Shown here piece by piece: positions 9,902 through 19,012 of a stretch of DNA of 64,000 nucleotides. The position numbers and the translations under genes were made by a program. The stretch spans positions 2,368,001 to 2,432,000 of the forward strand of contig CAWHFW010000005.1 of assembly GCA_963828735.1 (NCBI GenBank). Reading direction: 5' to 3'. Source of the stretch: an uncultured Gemmatimonadales bacterium (GTDB lineage Bacteria > Gemmatimonadota > Gemmatimonadetes > Gemmatimonadales > GWC2-71-9). The notes below the pieces were generated by a model. The model did not search any database. It was not told the DNA's origin and saw only the letters and a list, made by a program, of their open reading frames with translations. Positions within the stretch are counted from its first letter, which is position 1; every line of letters starts with the position of its first letter.

Positions 9902-10983
9902 GGTCGGCGTGGCTTTGGCTGATGCTTGCCTCGGTTTCCCGGATGCTGGCCGCCCAGGCGCCGCCGCGCGCCGAGGTCGACTCCGTTCTCGGCGCCCTGG
10001 TCGAGACCCACGGCGTCTCGGGGATGGAGGCACCCGTGCGGGAGACCGTGCAACGCTTCCTGCCCGCCTGGGCGCGGACCAAGACCGATACCGCCGGGAA
10101 TCTCTGGCTGACCGTGGGCAAGGGCGAGCCCACCGTGGTCTTCGTGGCCCACCTCGACGAGATCGGCTTCACGGTGAAGGCGATCCGCGACGACGGAACG
10201 CTGGAGGCCGAGGCGGCGGGCGGCTTCTTCCCGACGCTCTGGGAGGGCCAGCCCGCGCTGGTGCACACGGGGAGCGGCGAAGTCCCCGGCGTGTTCGTCC
10301 CGCACGACTCAACTGCTCCTCCCACCCCCCCGGGTGCCGATCCCATCGTGCGGGTGGACGTTGGCAGCGCGGATCGCGCTGCCACCGAAGCACTGGGCAT
10401 CCAGGTCGGCCACACCGTAACGAGCCCCAAGCGCTACCTCCACCTGCTCGGCCCGCGCGCCACCGGCCGCTCGTTCGACGATCGCGTCGGATCCACGGCG
10501 CTCGTGCTGGCCGCGCGACACCTGGACCGGGCACACCTCCGGCACACGGTCATCTTCGTCTGGAGCGTCCGCGAGGAGATCGGCCTGGAGGGCGCGAGCG
10601 CCGCCGCCGCGGCCCTCGGGCTCCGGCCGGCACGGGTGCACGCCATCGACACCTTCGTGTCCGCCGACTCGCCGCTCGAGCGGCGCAACTTCGGCGTCGC
10701 GCCACTCGGGCGCGGGCCGGTGGCGCGCGCGCTGGACAACAGCTCCGTCACCCCGCCCGCCTACGTCGACTCCCTGGTCGCCTTCGCGAGAGCACGGCGC
10801 ATTCCGCTCCAGGTCGGCTCGACGAACGGTGGGAACGACGGGTCGGCTTTCGGTGACTGGGGCGTGCCCGACGTGCCGATCGGCTGGCCGCTTCGCTACT
10901 CGCATTCGCCCGCCGAGGTGGTGGATCTCCGGGACGTGGCCGCGCTCGCGCAGCTGATCGGCGCCCTCGCGGTGGGATGGTGA
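9898..10983 (+). CDS. Secreted M42 family metallo-aminopeptidase
   Basis: Signal peptide. Intact AHLDEIG, FDDRVG, REEIG, AIDT and YSHSP motifs. ATGA coupling to the upstream gene. Confidence 0.9.
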   Translation: MRSAWLWLMLASVSRMLAAQAPPRAEVDSVLGALVETHGVSGMEAPVRETVQRFLPAWARTKTDTAGNLWLTVGKGEPTVVFVAHLDEIGFTVKAIRDDGTLEAEAAGGFFPTLWEGQPALVHTGSGEVPGVFVPHDSTAPPTPPGADPIVRVDVGSADRAATEALGIQVGHTVTSPKRYLHLLGPRATGRSFDDRVGSTALVLAARHLDRAHLRHTVIFVWSVREEIGLEGASAAAAALGLRPARVHAIDTFVSADSPLERRNFGVAPLGRGPVARALDNSSVTPPAYVDSLVAFARARRIPLQVGSTNGGNDGSAFGDWGVPDVPIGWPLRYSHSPAEVVDLRDVAALAQLIGALAVGW

Positions 10984-11126
10984 GTCGGAAACCTGGGCCC
11001 TGCCGGTCCCGTCGTTGAGTGTGTGCTCGTCGGGGGGCACACATGGTCCAGTGACACGCGACCGTGATCAACCCCCGGCAGCGCGCCCGGAGCATCCCGA
11101 TCGACCACGGCCGTACTGGAGACCTC

Positions 11127-12266
11127 GTGCTCTCTCGCCTGACCACCGCCGCTCTGGGCGCGCTCGTGATCCTGTCGGGGCCGCCGGCTGCCCGCCTCCG
11201 CCGTGTCCCCGCTGACTACCCGACCATCCAGGAAGCGATCGACAGCGCCGAGCCAGGCGACACGGTGCTCGTGGCACCGGGCCGCTACGTCGAGAACATC
11301 CGTTTCGAAGGCAAGGGGATCGTGGTCGCGAGCGACTACGTCCTGAAGCACGATCCCGCGGTCATCGGTCGCACGATCATCGACGGCAGCCGCCCTCGGC
11401 ATCCCGACACGGCGAGCGTGGTCCTCATGATCGATCAGGAGGACACGACCGCGAAGCTCATCGGCTTCACGCTGACGGGCGGGCGGGGCACCATCTGGAC
11501 CGATGCCCGCCAGAAGGCGCAATACCGCGAAGGCGGCGCGGTGCTGTGCGAGCTGGGCTCGCCCGTCATCGAGCACAACGTGATCGAGGGCAACCGGGCG
11601 GTCGAAGTCGGGCCCGGCATCCTCAGCGCGGGCGGCGGCGGTATACGGTGTGGCTACGCCGAGCCGATCATCCGGAACAACGTGATCCGGAACAACCGAG
11701 GCGAGTACGGCGGCGGCGTGGTGCTGTACCACTCGGCCGGGACGGTGCGGAACAATCTGATCGTGGGGAACACGGGCGGTGCGGGACACGGCGGCTCGGG
11801 CATCTGGGTCGTCGGTGCCCTCAGCTACCGGCTCCGCAATCTCATCGAGCAGAATACGATCGTGGGCAACGTCGCCGTGCTGCCCGACTCGACGCCGACG
11901 CAGCTCGGCGGCAAAGGCGGCGGGATGATCGCGTTCGCGCCGATCCTGTTCCGCAACAACATCGTGTGGGGCAACCGGCAGGGCGCGGGTGGGCAGATCG
12001 CCCAGTCGGCGCGGCGGCCACCGGAGCTCGTCGCGAATCTGGTGCAGGACGGCACCGAGGCTGGCGCGGATCTCACGAGGAATCCGCAGTTCGCCGACAC
12101 GGTGCACTACTACCTCCGTGCCGGGTCGCCGGCCGTAGACGCGGGTGATGCGGCGTCGCCGTCGGACCCGGCCGGCAGCGCCGACGCCCGCGCGCCCGCC
12201 CTGGGCAAACGCCGCGCGGATCTCGGTGCATACGGCGGCCCTGGAAGCGCAGTGCTGTTGCCATAG
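11127..12266 (+). CDS. Secreted right-handed parallel beta-helix protein
   Basis: VPADYPTIQEAID..GDTVLVAPGRY, repeated GGG/IxNN units, NNIVWGN, SPAVDAG..DLGAYGG. GTG start behind GGAG. Confidence 0.85.
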   Translation: MLSRLTTAALGALVILSGPPAARLRRVPADYPTIQEAIDSAEPGDTVLVAPGRYVENIRFEGKGIVVASDYVLKHDPAVIGRTIIDGSRPRHPDTASVVLMIDQEDTTAKLIGFTLTGGRGTIWTDARQKAQYREGGAVLCELGSPVIEHNVIEGNRAVEVGPGILSAGGGGIRCGYAEPIIRNNVIRNNRGEYGGGVVLYHSAGTVRNNLIVGNTGGAGHGGSGIWVVGALSYRLRNLIEQNTIVGNVAVLPDSTPTQLGGKGGGMIAFAPILFRNNIVWGNRQGAGGQIAQSARRPPELVANLVQDGTEAGADLTRNPQFADTVHYYLRAGSPAVDAGDAASPSDPAGSADARAPALGKRRADLGAYGGPGSAVLLP

Positions 12267-12295
12267 ACCTCGTTCCGAATGGACCCTCATCCAGG

Positions 12296-13294
12296 ATGCA
12301 TCCCATGCTTCTCCGCCTCCTGCCTCCCGTCGCCCTGGCGATCCTCTCGACCGCGGGCGATCCAGGCCTCCGCCCCGCGCCGGCACCGACCATCGTCGAG
12401 TACGTCATCCCTCGGCCGGGCAACTTCCCGCACGACCCCGCCGTCGCCAAGGACGGCAGCATCTGGTACACGGACCAGCGCAACAGCTACATCGGACATC
12501 TCGATCCCGAGACGGGAAAGATCGTGGACTACCCGACCCCGACGCCGGGCTCGGGGCCGCATGGTCTCACCGTGGCACCCGACGGCCACATCTGGTATAC
12601 CGGACAGGGGGCCGGACTGCTCGGACGAGTCGACCCGAAGACGGGCAGCATCACCGAGTTCGCCCTGCCCGACAACGCACGGAATCCGCACACGCCCATC
12701 TATCATCGGGATCGCGTCTGGTTCACCGACGCGAACAACAACACGTACGGCAGTCTCGATCCCGCCACGGGAAAGGCCACGGTGTACACCGCGCCGACCC
12801 CGAATTCCGTGCCGTATGGTATCGTGCCGGCGGGAGACGGCTCCATCTGGATCGCGATGCTCGGCACCAACAAGCTGGGGCACGTCGACCCGACAACCGG
12901 GGCGATGCACGAGTTCGTGCTGCCGGCCGCGGAGGCGCGTCCGCGCCGGCTCCAGGTCGGCGGCGACGGAACGGTCTGGTACACGGATTATGGTCGCGGG
13001 TATCTTGGCGCGTTGGACCCCAAGACCGGCAAGGTCCGCGAGTGGCAATCGCCCTCGCCCAACGCCGGCCCCTACGGCATCGCCATCGGTACCGACGGCC
13101 GCATCTGGTATTGCGAGTCCCGAACCGGGAACATGGTGGCGTTCGACCCGAAGACGGAGAAGATGGAGACCGTGAAGATTCCCACGCCCGGCGCGATCGT
13201 ACGGCACATGGAAACGGACAGTACCCGGGGTCGTGTGTGGCTCGCGCTCAGCGGGACGGGACGAATCGGGAAGATCGAGGTCGGGACGCATTGA
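12296..13294 (+). CDS. Secreted Vgb-family (virginiamycin B lyase-like) beta-propeller
   Basis: About 7 repeats of P-x-x-x-x-x-x-x-DG-x-IW-(Y/F)T...DP-x-TG, plus a signal peptide. Confidence 0.85.
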   Translation: MHPMLLRLLPPVALAILSTAGDPGLRPAPAPTIVEYVIPRPGNFPHDPAVAKDGSIWYTDQRNSYIGHLDPETGKIVDYPTPTPGSGPHGLTVAPDGHIWYTGQGAGLLGRVDPKTGSITEFALPDNARNPHTPIYHRDRVWFTDANNNTYGSLDPATGKATVYTAPTPNSVPYGIVPAGDGSIWIAMLGTNKLGHVDPTTGAMHEFVLPAAEARPRRLQVGGDGTVWYTDYGRGYLGALDPKTGKVREWQSPSPNAGPYGIAIGTDGRIWYCESRTGNMVAFDPKTEKMETVKIPTPGAIVRHMETDSTRGRVWLALSGTGRIGKIEVGTH

Positions 13295-14289
13295 GCGCGC
13301 CGCGCTCGGGGGTGGGGAACAGCCGGTCGTCGGGAGCGGAGCGGCCTCGCTCCCGAATCGGCACGCTCCTCACGCTCGTCTTCTGCACCGCCTGCGCGTC
13401 GTCCACCTCGCAGGGCGCCGCGACTCCCGGCGCCCAGACGGACCCGCGACTGCAGCACGAGCTCGAGGCGATCGTCCAGGGGTTCCACGGCGACGTCGGC
13501 CTCTACGTCCGCCACCTCCGCACGGGCGTCACCGCGGCGATCGCCGCCGACGACACCTTTCCCACGGCCAGTATGATCAAGGTGCCGATCATGATCGGCG
13601 TCTTCGACGCCATCAGCCAGGGCCGGTTCGCGTTCACCGACACGGCGCCCGAGCCGAGAGCGCGAGCCAAGTATCCCGAGGACGACATCCTCGCCGGCCT
13701 GAGCGATACCGCGCGGATCACCGTGAGCCGGCTGCTGACGCTGAGCCTGACCTACAGCGACAACTCCGCGTCGCTCTGGTTGCAGCAGCTCGCCGGCGGC
13801 GGACCCACCATCAACGACTGGCTGGAGCATCACGGTTTCGCCGTGACCCGAGTGAACGCCCGCACCGAGGGGCGCGAGGCGAGCTACGATCGCTGGGGGT
13901 GGGGGCAAACCACGCCACGCGAGATGACGCGGCTGGTGACCCTCATCCGGGAGGGCCAGGCCGTGAGCCCCGCGGCAAGTGAGGAGATGTACCGCACGAT
14001 GACCCGGAGCTTCTGGACGGGCGAGGCGCTGTCGCGGCTCCCGCCCACGGTGCAGGCCGCGTCCAAGCAGGGCGCGGTGGACCAGTCTCGCTCCGAGGTG
14101 GTGCTGGTCAACGCTCCGTCGGGAGACTACGTCTTCTGCGTTATCACCAAGAACCAGCAGGACGAGAGCTGGACGCCGGACAACGAGGGCTACGTCCTGC
14201 TCCGCCGGGTCTCGGCCGCGCTCTGGACGTACTTCGAGCCCCACCATCCGTGGAGTCCCACCGCAGGCGCCGAGGCCTTCAAGCCCTGA
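13291..14289 (+). CDS. Serine hydrolase, class A beta-lactamase-related lipoprotein
   Basis: SxxK (ASMIK), SDN and KQG motifs. Lipobox-like FCTAC. TTG start inferred from a TTGA overlap. Confidence 0.85.
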   Translation: MSAPRSGVGNSRSSGAERPRSRIGTLLTLVFCTACASSTSQGAATPGAQTDPRLQHELEAIVQGFHGDVGLYVRHLRTGVTAAIAADDTFPTASMIKVPIMIGVFDAISQGRFAFTDTAPEPRARAKYPEDDILAGLSDTARITVSRLLTLSLTYSDNSASLWLQQLAGGGPTINDWLEHHGFAVTRVNARTEGREASYDRWGWGQTTPREMTRLVTLIREGQAVSPAASEEMYRTMTRSFWTGEALSRLPPTVQAASKQGAVDQSRSEVVLVNAPSGDYVFCVITKNQQDESWTPDNEGYVLLRRVSAALWTYFEPHHPWSPTAGAEAFKP

Positions 14290-14375
14290 CGTCGGGCCAT
14301 TAACCACTTTCCTCCGCTCGCGCGTATGTCCGATGGACCCCGGCGTTCGTGGCGGGCTTGCGCGCGGCGGGAAAT

Positions 14376-14393
14376 ATTGCATACTTATGCATT
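14376..14393. promoter_or_regulatory. ARG box (ArgR operator)
   Basis: ATTGCATACTTATGCATT, containing the TGCATA-N2-TATGCA palindrome, directly before the argG ATG. argR is the last gene of the operon. Confidence 0.85.
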
Positions 14394-15602
14394 ATGCAAT
14401 CGACAAGCCGCCCGCTCGCGCTCGCCTTCTCCGGCGGGCTCGACACGTCCTTCTGCGTTCCCCGCCTCGCCGACGACGGCTGGGCGGTTCACACCGTCTA
14501 CGTGGATACCGGCGGCTCCACTCCCGACGAGAGGGCAGCGATCCGTCGCCAGGCGGAGGCCGTGGGTGCCGTGGCGCACCACGAGGTGGACGCCCGCGAC
14601 CGGGTCTACGAGCGATTCGTCCGATTCCTCATCCAGGGCAACGTGCTCCGCGGCGAGGTCTACCCGCTGAGCGTGGCGGCCGAGCGGACGCAGCAGGCGC
14701 TCTCGGTCGTCGAGACGGCCCGCGCGATCGGCGCGGAGGCGGTCGCGCACGGCTCGACCGGCGCCGGCAACGACCAGATCCGGTTCGACGTCGCGCTCCG
14801 CGTCCTGGCGCCCGACCTCGAGATCGTCACCCCGATCCGCGATCTCGGCATCAAGCGAGAGCAGGCCATCGCCTACCTCGAGCAGCGCGGGCTGCCGGTG
14901 CCGGCCAAGGCCGGCGCCTACTCGATCAACCGCGGGCTCTGGGGCACGACGTGGGGAGGCGGGTGGACCCACGACACGTGGGCCGGGCCCCCGGCGGAGC
15001 TGGTCGATCCGCCGGCCAACGCCCCTGCGCCGGCCGAGATCGTACTCGCGTGGGAGCGGGGCGTGCCGGTCGCGCTCGACGGACACCCCCTCGCGGGGCC
15101 GGCGCTGGTCGCGCGGCTGGGCGAGCTGTGCGAGGCCTACGGGATCGGCCGCGGCATCCACGTCGGCGAGACCGCCCTCGGCATCAAGGGCCGGATCGGG
15201 TTCGAGGCCGGCGCCGCCCTGCTGCTGATCGGTGCCCACCGCGAGCTCGAGAAGCTGGTGCTCACCAAGTGGCAAACGTACTGGAAGGACCAGCTCGGCC
15301 GATTCTACGGCGACCGGCTGCACGAGGGCCAGTACTTCGACCCGTCGCTGCGCGACATCGAGGCGCTGATCACGAGCTCGCAGGCGCGGGTGACGGGCGA
15401 GACGCGCGTGCGCCTCGCCCCCGGACGCTTCCAGGTCGTGGGGACGCGGAGCCCGCACTCGATGATGGACACCTCGATCGCCACCTACGGGGAGGAGAAT
15501 CGCCTGTGGACGGGCGACGAGGCCCGCGCCTTCGCGCGGGTGGCGGCGGTGCCCTCGCTGCTCGCGGCGCGCGCGGCGGACGGGGTCCGCTCCGCCGAAT
15601 GA
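14394..15602 (+). CDS. argG: Argininosuccinate synthase
   Basis: LAFSGGLDTS, HGSTGAGNDQIRF, GIKGRIGFEA. Confidence 0.95.
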   Translation: MQSTSRPLALAFSGGLDTSFCVPRLADDGWAVHTVYVDTGGSTPDERAAIRRQAEAVGAVAHHEVDARDRVYERFVRFLIQGNVLRGEVYPLSVAAERTQQALSVVETARAIGAEAVAHGSTGAGNDQIRFDVALRVLAPDLEIVTPIRDLGIKREQAIAYLEQRGLPVPAKAGAYSINRGLWGTTWGGGWTHDTWAGPPAELVDPPANAPAPAEIVLAWERGVPVALDGHPLAGPALVARLGELCEAYGIGRGIHVGETALGIKGRIGFEAGAALLLIGAHRELEKLVLTKWQTYWKDQLGRFYGDRLHEGQYFDPSLRDIEALITSSQARVTGETRVRLAPGRFQVVGTRSPHSMMDTSIATYGEENRLWTGDEARAFARVAAVPSLLAARAADGVRSAE

Positions 15603-15678
15603 CCGGCCCGCTCACCCCGCACCCGGCGCGCACCATCGCCTGGCTCGTCGATTCCCTCACGCACCTGGAGCACCACCG

Positions 15679-16824
15679 ATGGTCGTGACCACCCGTGTCC
15701 GGCTCGACCGGATCAGCAGCTCGACCCGCAACGCGGCCTTGCCGGCCGAGGTCATCGTGGGCGACGAGATCGTCGCCGCAGAGGGCTACGTGCTCGCCGT
15801 GCGGATCCTCGAGGACAAGGCGACGTACAATACCATCGAGGACACGACCGGCCGCATGCTCTCGTTGCGTGGAGGCGACGTGCTCGCCGGCACGCTCGGC
15901 ACCCGCCGGGCGCTCCGGGGCTACGCGGGCGTGGTGCCGGCCCACATCGCCGTGGGCGACACGATCGAGGTGCTGAACCTGGGTGGCATCCTCGGGCGCT
16001 GCACCTCGGTCAATCCGGACATCGGACCGCCGTTCAAGGCGGAGGTGCTCGGCGCCGTGCTCGCGTTTCCCGAGCTCGGCGACCGGGTCGGCCGGCCCGC
16101 GCACATCCGTGACCGCGCCGTCCCTCCCGCCGACGTGCTCGAGAGCCGGATCCCGGTCGTCTACGTGGCCGGCACCTGCATGAACGCGGGGAAGACCGTC
16201 GCCGCGACGGAGCTGGTGCGTGGGCTCGCCCGGAGCGGGCTCCGGGTGGCGGCCGCCAAGCTCACCGGCGTCTCGCTCATGCGCGACGCGCTCTCCATGC
16301 TGGACGCCGGTGCCGTCGCGGCGCTCACCTTCAACGATGTGGGGATCGCGAGCACCCATGCGGGGATCACGGTCTCGACGGCGAAGGGCATCTTCAACCG
16401 GCTCGCGGCCGCCAAGCCGGACGTCGTCGTCGCCGAGCTGGGCGATGGCATCCTGGGAGAGTACGGGGTGCAGGACATTCTCCACGACGCGGACCTCATG
16501 GGCGTCGGCGCCGCGTACGTGATGGCGGCGCCCGATCCCGTGGCGTGCTGGGGAGCCGTCGAGCTGATGCGGCGGGAGTTCGCTCTGCCGATCACGGCGA
16601 TCACCGGACCCGCGACCGACAACGAGGTGGGGCTGGTATACATCACGACCGGCCTGGGCTTGCCGGCGCACAACGCGCGACGCGACGCGCCGGGTCTGTT
16701 GGCGGCGGTCCGGCAGGCGCTCGCGAGCTGGGCGGCGAGCACTGACGGGGCCGACGTGGCGAAGGCGACGCGCCCCGCGCCGCCCGAAGCCGTTCTCGCG
16801 CCCCCGGCGCTGCTGGCGCGGTGA
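15679..16824 (+). CDS. DUF1611-like P-loop protein embedded in the arg operon
   Basis: GTCMNAGKT, AAKLTG...D...DAGA, FNDVGIAST, AELGDGILG. GGAG RBS. Stop overlaps the argC start. Confidence 0.7.
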   Translation: MVVTTRVRLDRISSSTRNAALPAEVIVGDEIVAAEGYVLAVRILEDKATYNTIEDTTGRMLSLRGGDVLAGTLGTRRALRGYAGVVPAHIAVGDTIEVLNLGGILGRCTSVNPDIGPPFKAEVLGAVLAFPELGDRVGRPAHIRDRAVPPADVLESRIPVVYVAGTCMNAGKTVAATELVRGLARSGLRVAAAKLTGVSLMRDALSMLDAGAVAALTFNDVGIASTHAGITVSTAKGIFNRLAAAKPDVVVAELGDGILGEYGVQDILHDADLMGVGAAYVMAAPDPVACWGAVELMRREFALPITAITGPATDNEVGLVYITTGLGLPAHNARRDAPGLLAAVRQALASWAASTDGADVAKATRPAPPEAVLAPPALLAR

Positions 16825-17870
16825 AGATCGCGGTCATCGGGTCCGCCGGATACGCCGGTGGCGAGCTCCTGCGGCTGTTGCTCCAGCATCCCGAGGTCAC
16901 GGAATGCGTGGCGACCAGCCGGAGCCAGGCGGGGAAGCCGATCGGGGAGGTGCATCCGGCGCTGGCGGCCGTCTCCGACGCCCGCCTCTCGGGCGCGGCA
17001 CCCGGCGACGCCGCGCGCGGGCGCGACGTGGTCTTCCTCTGCCTCGAGCACGGCGAGTCGTCGCGCGTGGCCGGAGAAGTGTTCGATGCCGGCCCCGGCC
17101 TCGTCGTGGACCTCGCGGCCGACTTCCGAGTGCGAGATGCCGGCCTCTACGAGCGCTATTACGGCACCCACACTGCGCCCGACCTGCTCCCGCGCTTCAC
17201 CTACGGCCTGGCCGACGTGCTGGGCTCCCGGCTGCGCGGCGCTACGGCGATCGCCGCGCCGGGCTGTTTCGCCACGGCGGCGCAGCTCGCCCTGTACCCG
17301 CTCGCCTCGGCAGGGCTCGACGTGACGCCGTCCCTCTTCGCCGTCACGGGGTCGAGCGGCGCCGGCGTGCAGCCTCGTCCGACCACGCATCATCCCATGC
17401 GAGCCCACAACCTCTTCGCCTATTCGGTGCTGTCGCACCGCCACGAGGCGGAGATCCTCGCGTCATGGCGGGAATGGGTGGGACGGCCGGACGCGACGGC
17501 CCGGCTCATGGCACACTCGGGCCCGTTCGTGCGCGGCATCTATCTCACCCTGCACGCGTATCTTCCCAAGGACGCGCGCGTCACTGGCCAGGAGCCGGGA
17601 ACCCGAGCGGCGCGCTGGTTTCGCGAAGCCTTCGCCGGCCGGCCGTTCGTCCGCGTGCTCGACGCGCCGCCCGAGCTGACCCACGCTGTCGGAACCAACT
17701 ACGCGCTGATCCACGCCGCCGAAAGCAGGAACGGCGAGGAGGTCCAGGTGACCGTGGCGATCGACAACCTCGTGAAGGGCGCGGGCGGTCAGGCCATCCA
17801 GGCAATGAACCTCGCGCTCGGCATCGACGAGCGCGCCGGCCTCACTGCCGCGGCGATCTATCCATGCTGA
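16821..17870 (+). CDS. argC: N-acyl-gamma-glutamyl-phosphate reductase
   Basis: GSAGYAGGEL, PGCF catalytic Cys, GSSGAG, IDNLVKGAGGQA. Confidence 0.95.
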   Translation: MKIAVIGSAGYAGGELLRLLLQHPEVTECVATSRSQAGKPIGEVHPALAAVSDARLSGAAPGDAARGRDVVFLCLEHGESSRVAGEVFDAGPGLVVDLAADFRVRDAGLYERYYGTHTAPDLLPRFTYGLADVLGSRLRGATAIAAPGCFATAAQLALYPLASAGLDVTPSLFAVTGSSGAGVQPRPTTHHPMRAHNLFAYSVLSHRHEAEILASWREWVGRPDATARLMAHSGPFVRGIYLTLHAYLPKDARVTGQEPGTRAARWFREAFAGRPFVRVLDAPPELTHAVGTNYALIHAAESRNGEEVQVTVAIDNLVKGAGGQAIQAMNLALGIDERAGLTAAAIYPC

Positions 17871-19012
17871 AGACCGACGCTCCCGCGCTCCTTCCGGTGT
17901 ACCCGCCGATGCCGGTCCGACCAGTGCGTGGGCACGGATCCTGGCTGGTGGACGAGGATGGGAGCGAGTGGCTGGATGCCTACGGCGGCCACGCGGTCGC
18001 CTCGACCGGACACAGCCACCCGGACGTCGTGCGAGCCATCGCCGACCAGGCCGCGCAGCTCCTCTTCTACTCGACCGCCGTGCCGTTGCCGCAACGCGAG
18101 GCGCTGGCCGAGAAGCTCGCCGAGTGCTGCCCGGAGCCCCTCGGGCGCGTGTTCCTCTGCAACTCGGGCGCCGAAGCCAACGAGAATGCCCTCCACCTCG
18201 CTCGCCGATCCACGGGGCGGCAGACGATCGTCTCGGTGCGCGGCGGCTGGCACGGGCGTACGGCCGCGACCCTCGCGTGCACCGACGGGGCGCGCTACGA
18301 GGAGGCGGCGCGCCGCGCGGGCATGCCCCTGAGCCGGAAGGTGCCCTTCGACGACGTGGCCGCGCTCGACGAGGCCGTGGACGACAGCGTCGCGGCGGTG
18401 CTGGTCGAGCCCATCCAGGGCTTTGCCGGCGCGCGCGACTGTTCGCCCGAGTTCCTCGCGGCCGCGCGGCGGGTGTGCGACGATCGCGGTGCCGTGCTCC
18501 TCTTCGACGAGGTGCAGTGCGGCGTCGGACGGTGTGGCGCCTTCGCGGCCGCCGAGGCGGTCGGTGTCACGCCGGACGCGCTCACGTTCGCCAAGGGACT
18601 GGCGGGCGGCCTCCCGATCGGCGCCGTAGTCGCGAGTTCCGCGCTGACCGAGTCGCTCACCGTCGGCGATCTGGGCAGCACGTTCGGCGGGGGCCCGGTG
18701 CCTTGCGCCGCGGCCCTCGCCAACATCGCCGTGATCGAGCGGGACGGTCTGATCGCCAACGCCATCTCGGTTGGCGAGCACCTCGCCCGCGGCGCCCGGG
18801 CGCTCGGCGTCCGGAAGGTGTCGGGACGCGGACTGCTGTTGGGCCTCCACCTCGAGCGCCCCGCGGTCGAGGTACAGAAGGCGCTGTTCGGTCGGCGCAT
18901 CCTCACCGGCACGGCGACCGATCCGCACGTGCTCCGGCTCCTGCCGCCCCTGTCTTTCTCGACGCGTGAAGCCGAGCTGCTCCTGGCCGGCCTCCGGGAG
19001 GTGCTGGCGTGA
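17864..19012 (+). CDS. argD: N-acylornithine aminotransferase (class III)
   Basis: NSGAEANE, HGRT, FDEVQCG, FAKGLAGG, STFGG; operon context. Confidence 0.93.
   Translation: MLKTDAPALLPVYPPMPVRPVRGHGSWLVDEDGSEWLDAYGGHAVASTGHSHPDVVRAIADQAAQLLFYSTAVPLPQREALAEKLAECCPEPLGRVFLCNSGAEANENALHLARRSTGRQTIVSVRGGWHGRTAATLACTDGARYEEAARRAGMPLSRKVPFDDVAALDEAVDDSVAAVLVEPIQGFAGARDCSPEFLAAARRVCDDRGAVLLFDEVQCGVGRCGAFAAAEAVGVTPDALTFAKGLAGGLPIGAVVASSALTESLTVGDLGSTFGGGPVPCAAALANIAVIERDGLIANAISVGEHLARGARALGVRKVSGRGLLLGLHLERPAVEVQKALFGRRILTGTATDPHVLRLLPPLSFSTREAELLLAGLREVLA

Noticed and set aside
12296..14289. Vgb-like and beta-lactamase-like genes as antibiotic resistance genes
   Set aside because: Only fold-level motifs are present. 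Both families are widespread, and many members have other functions.
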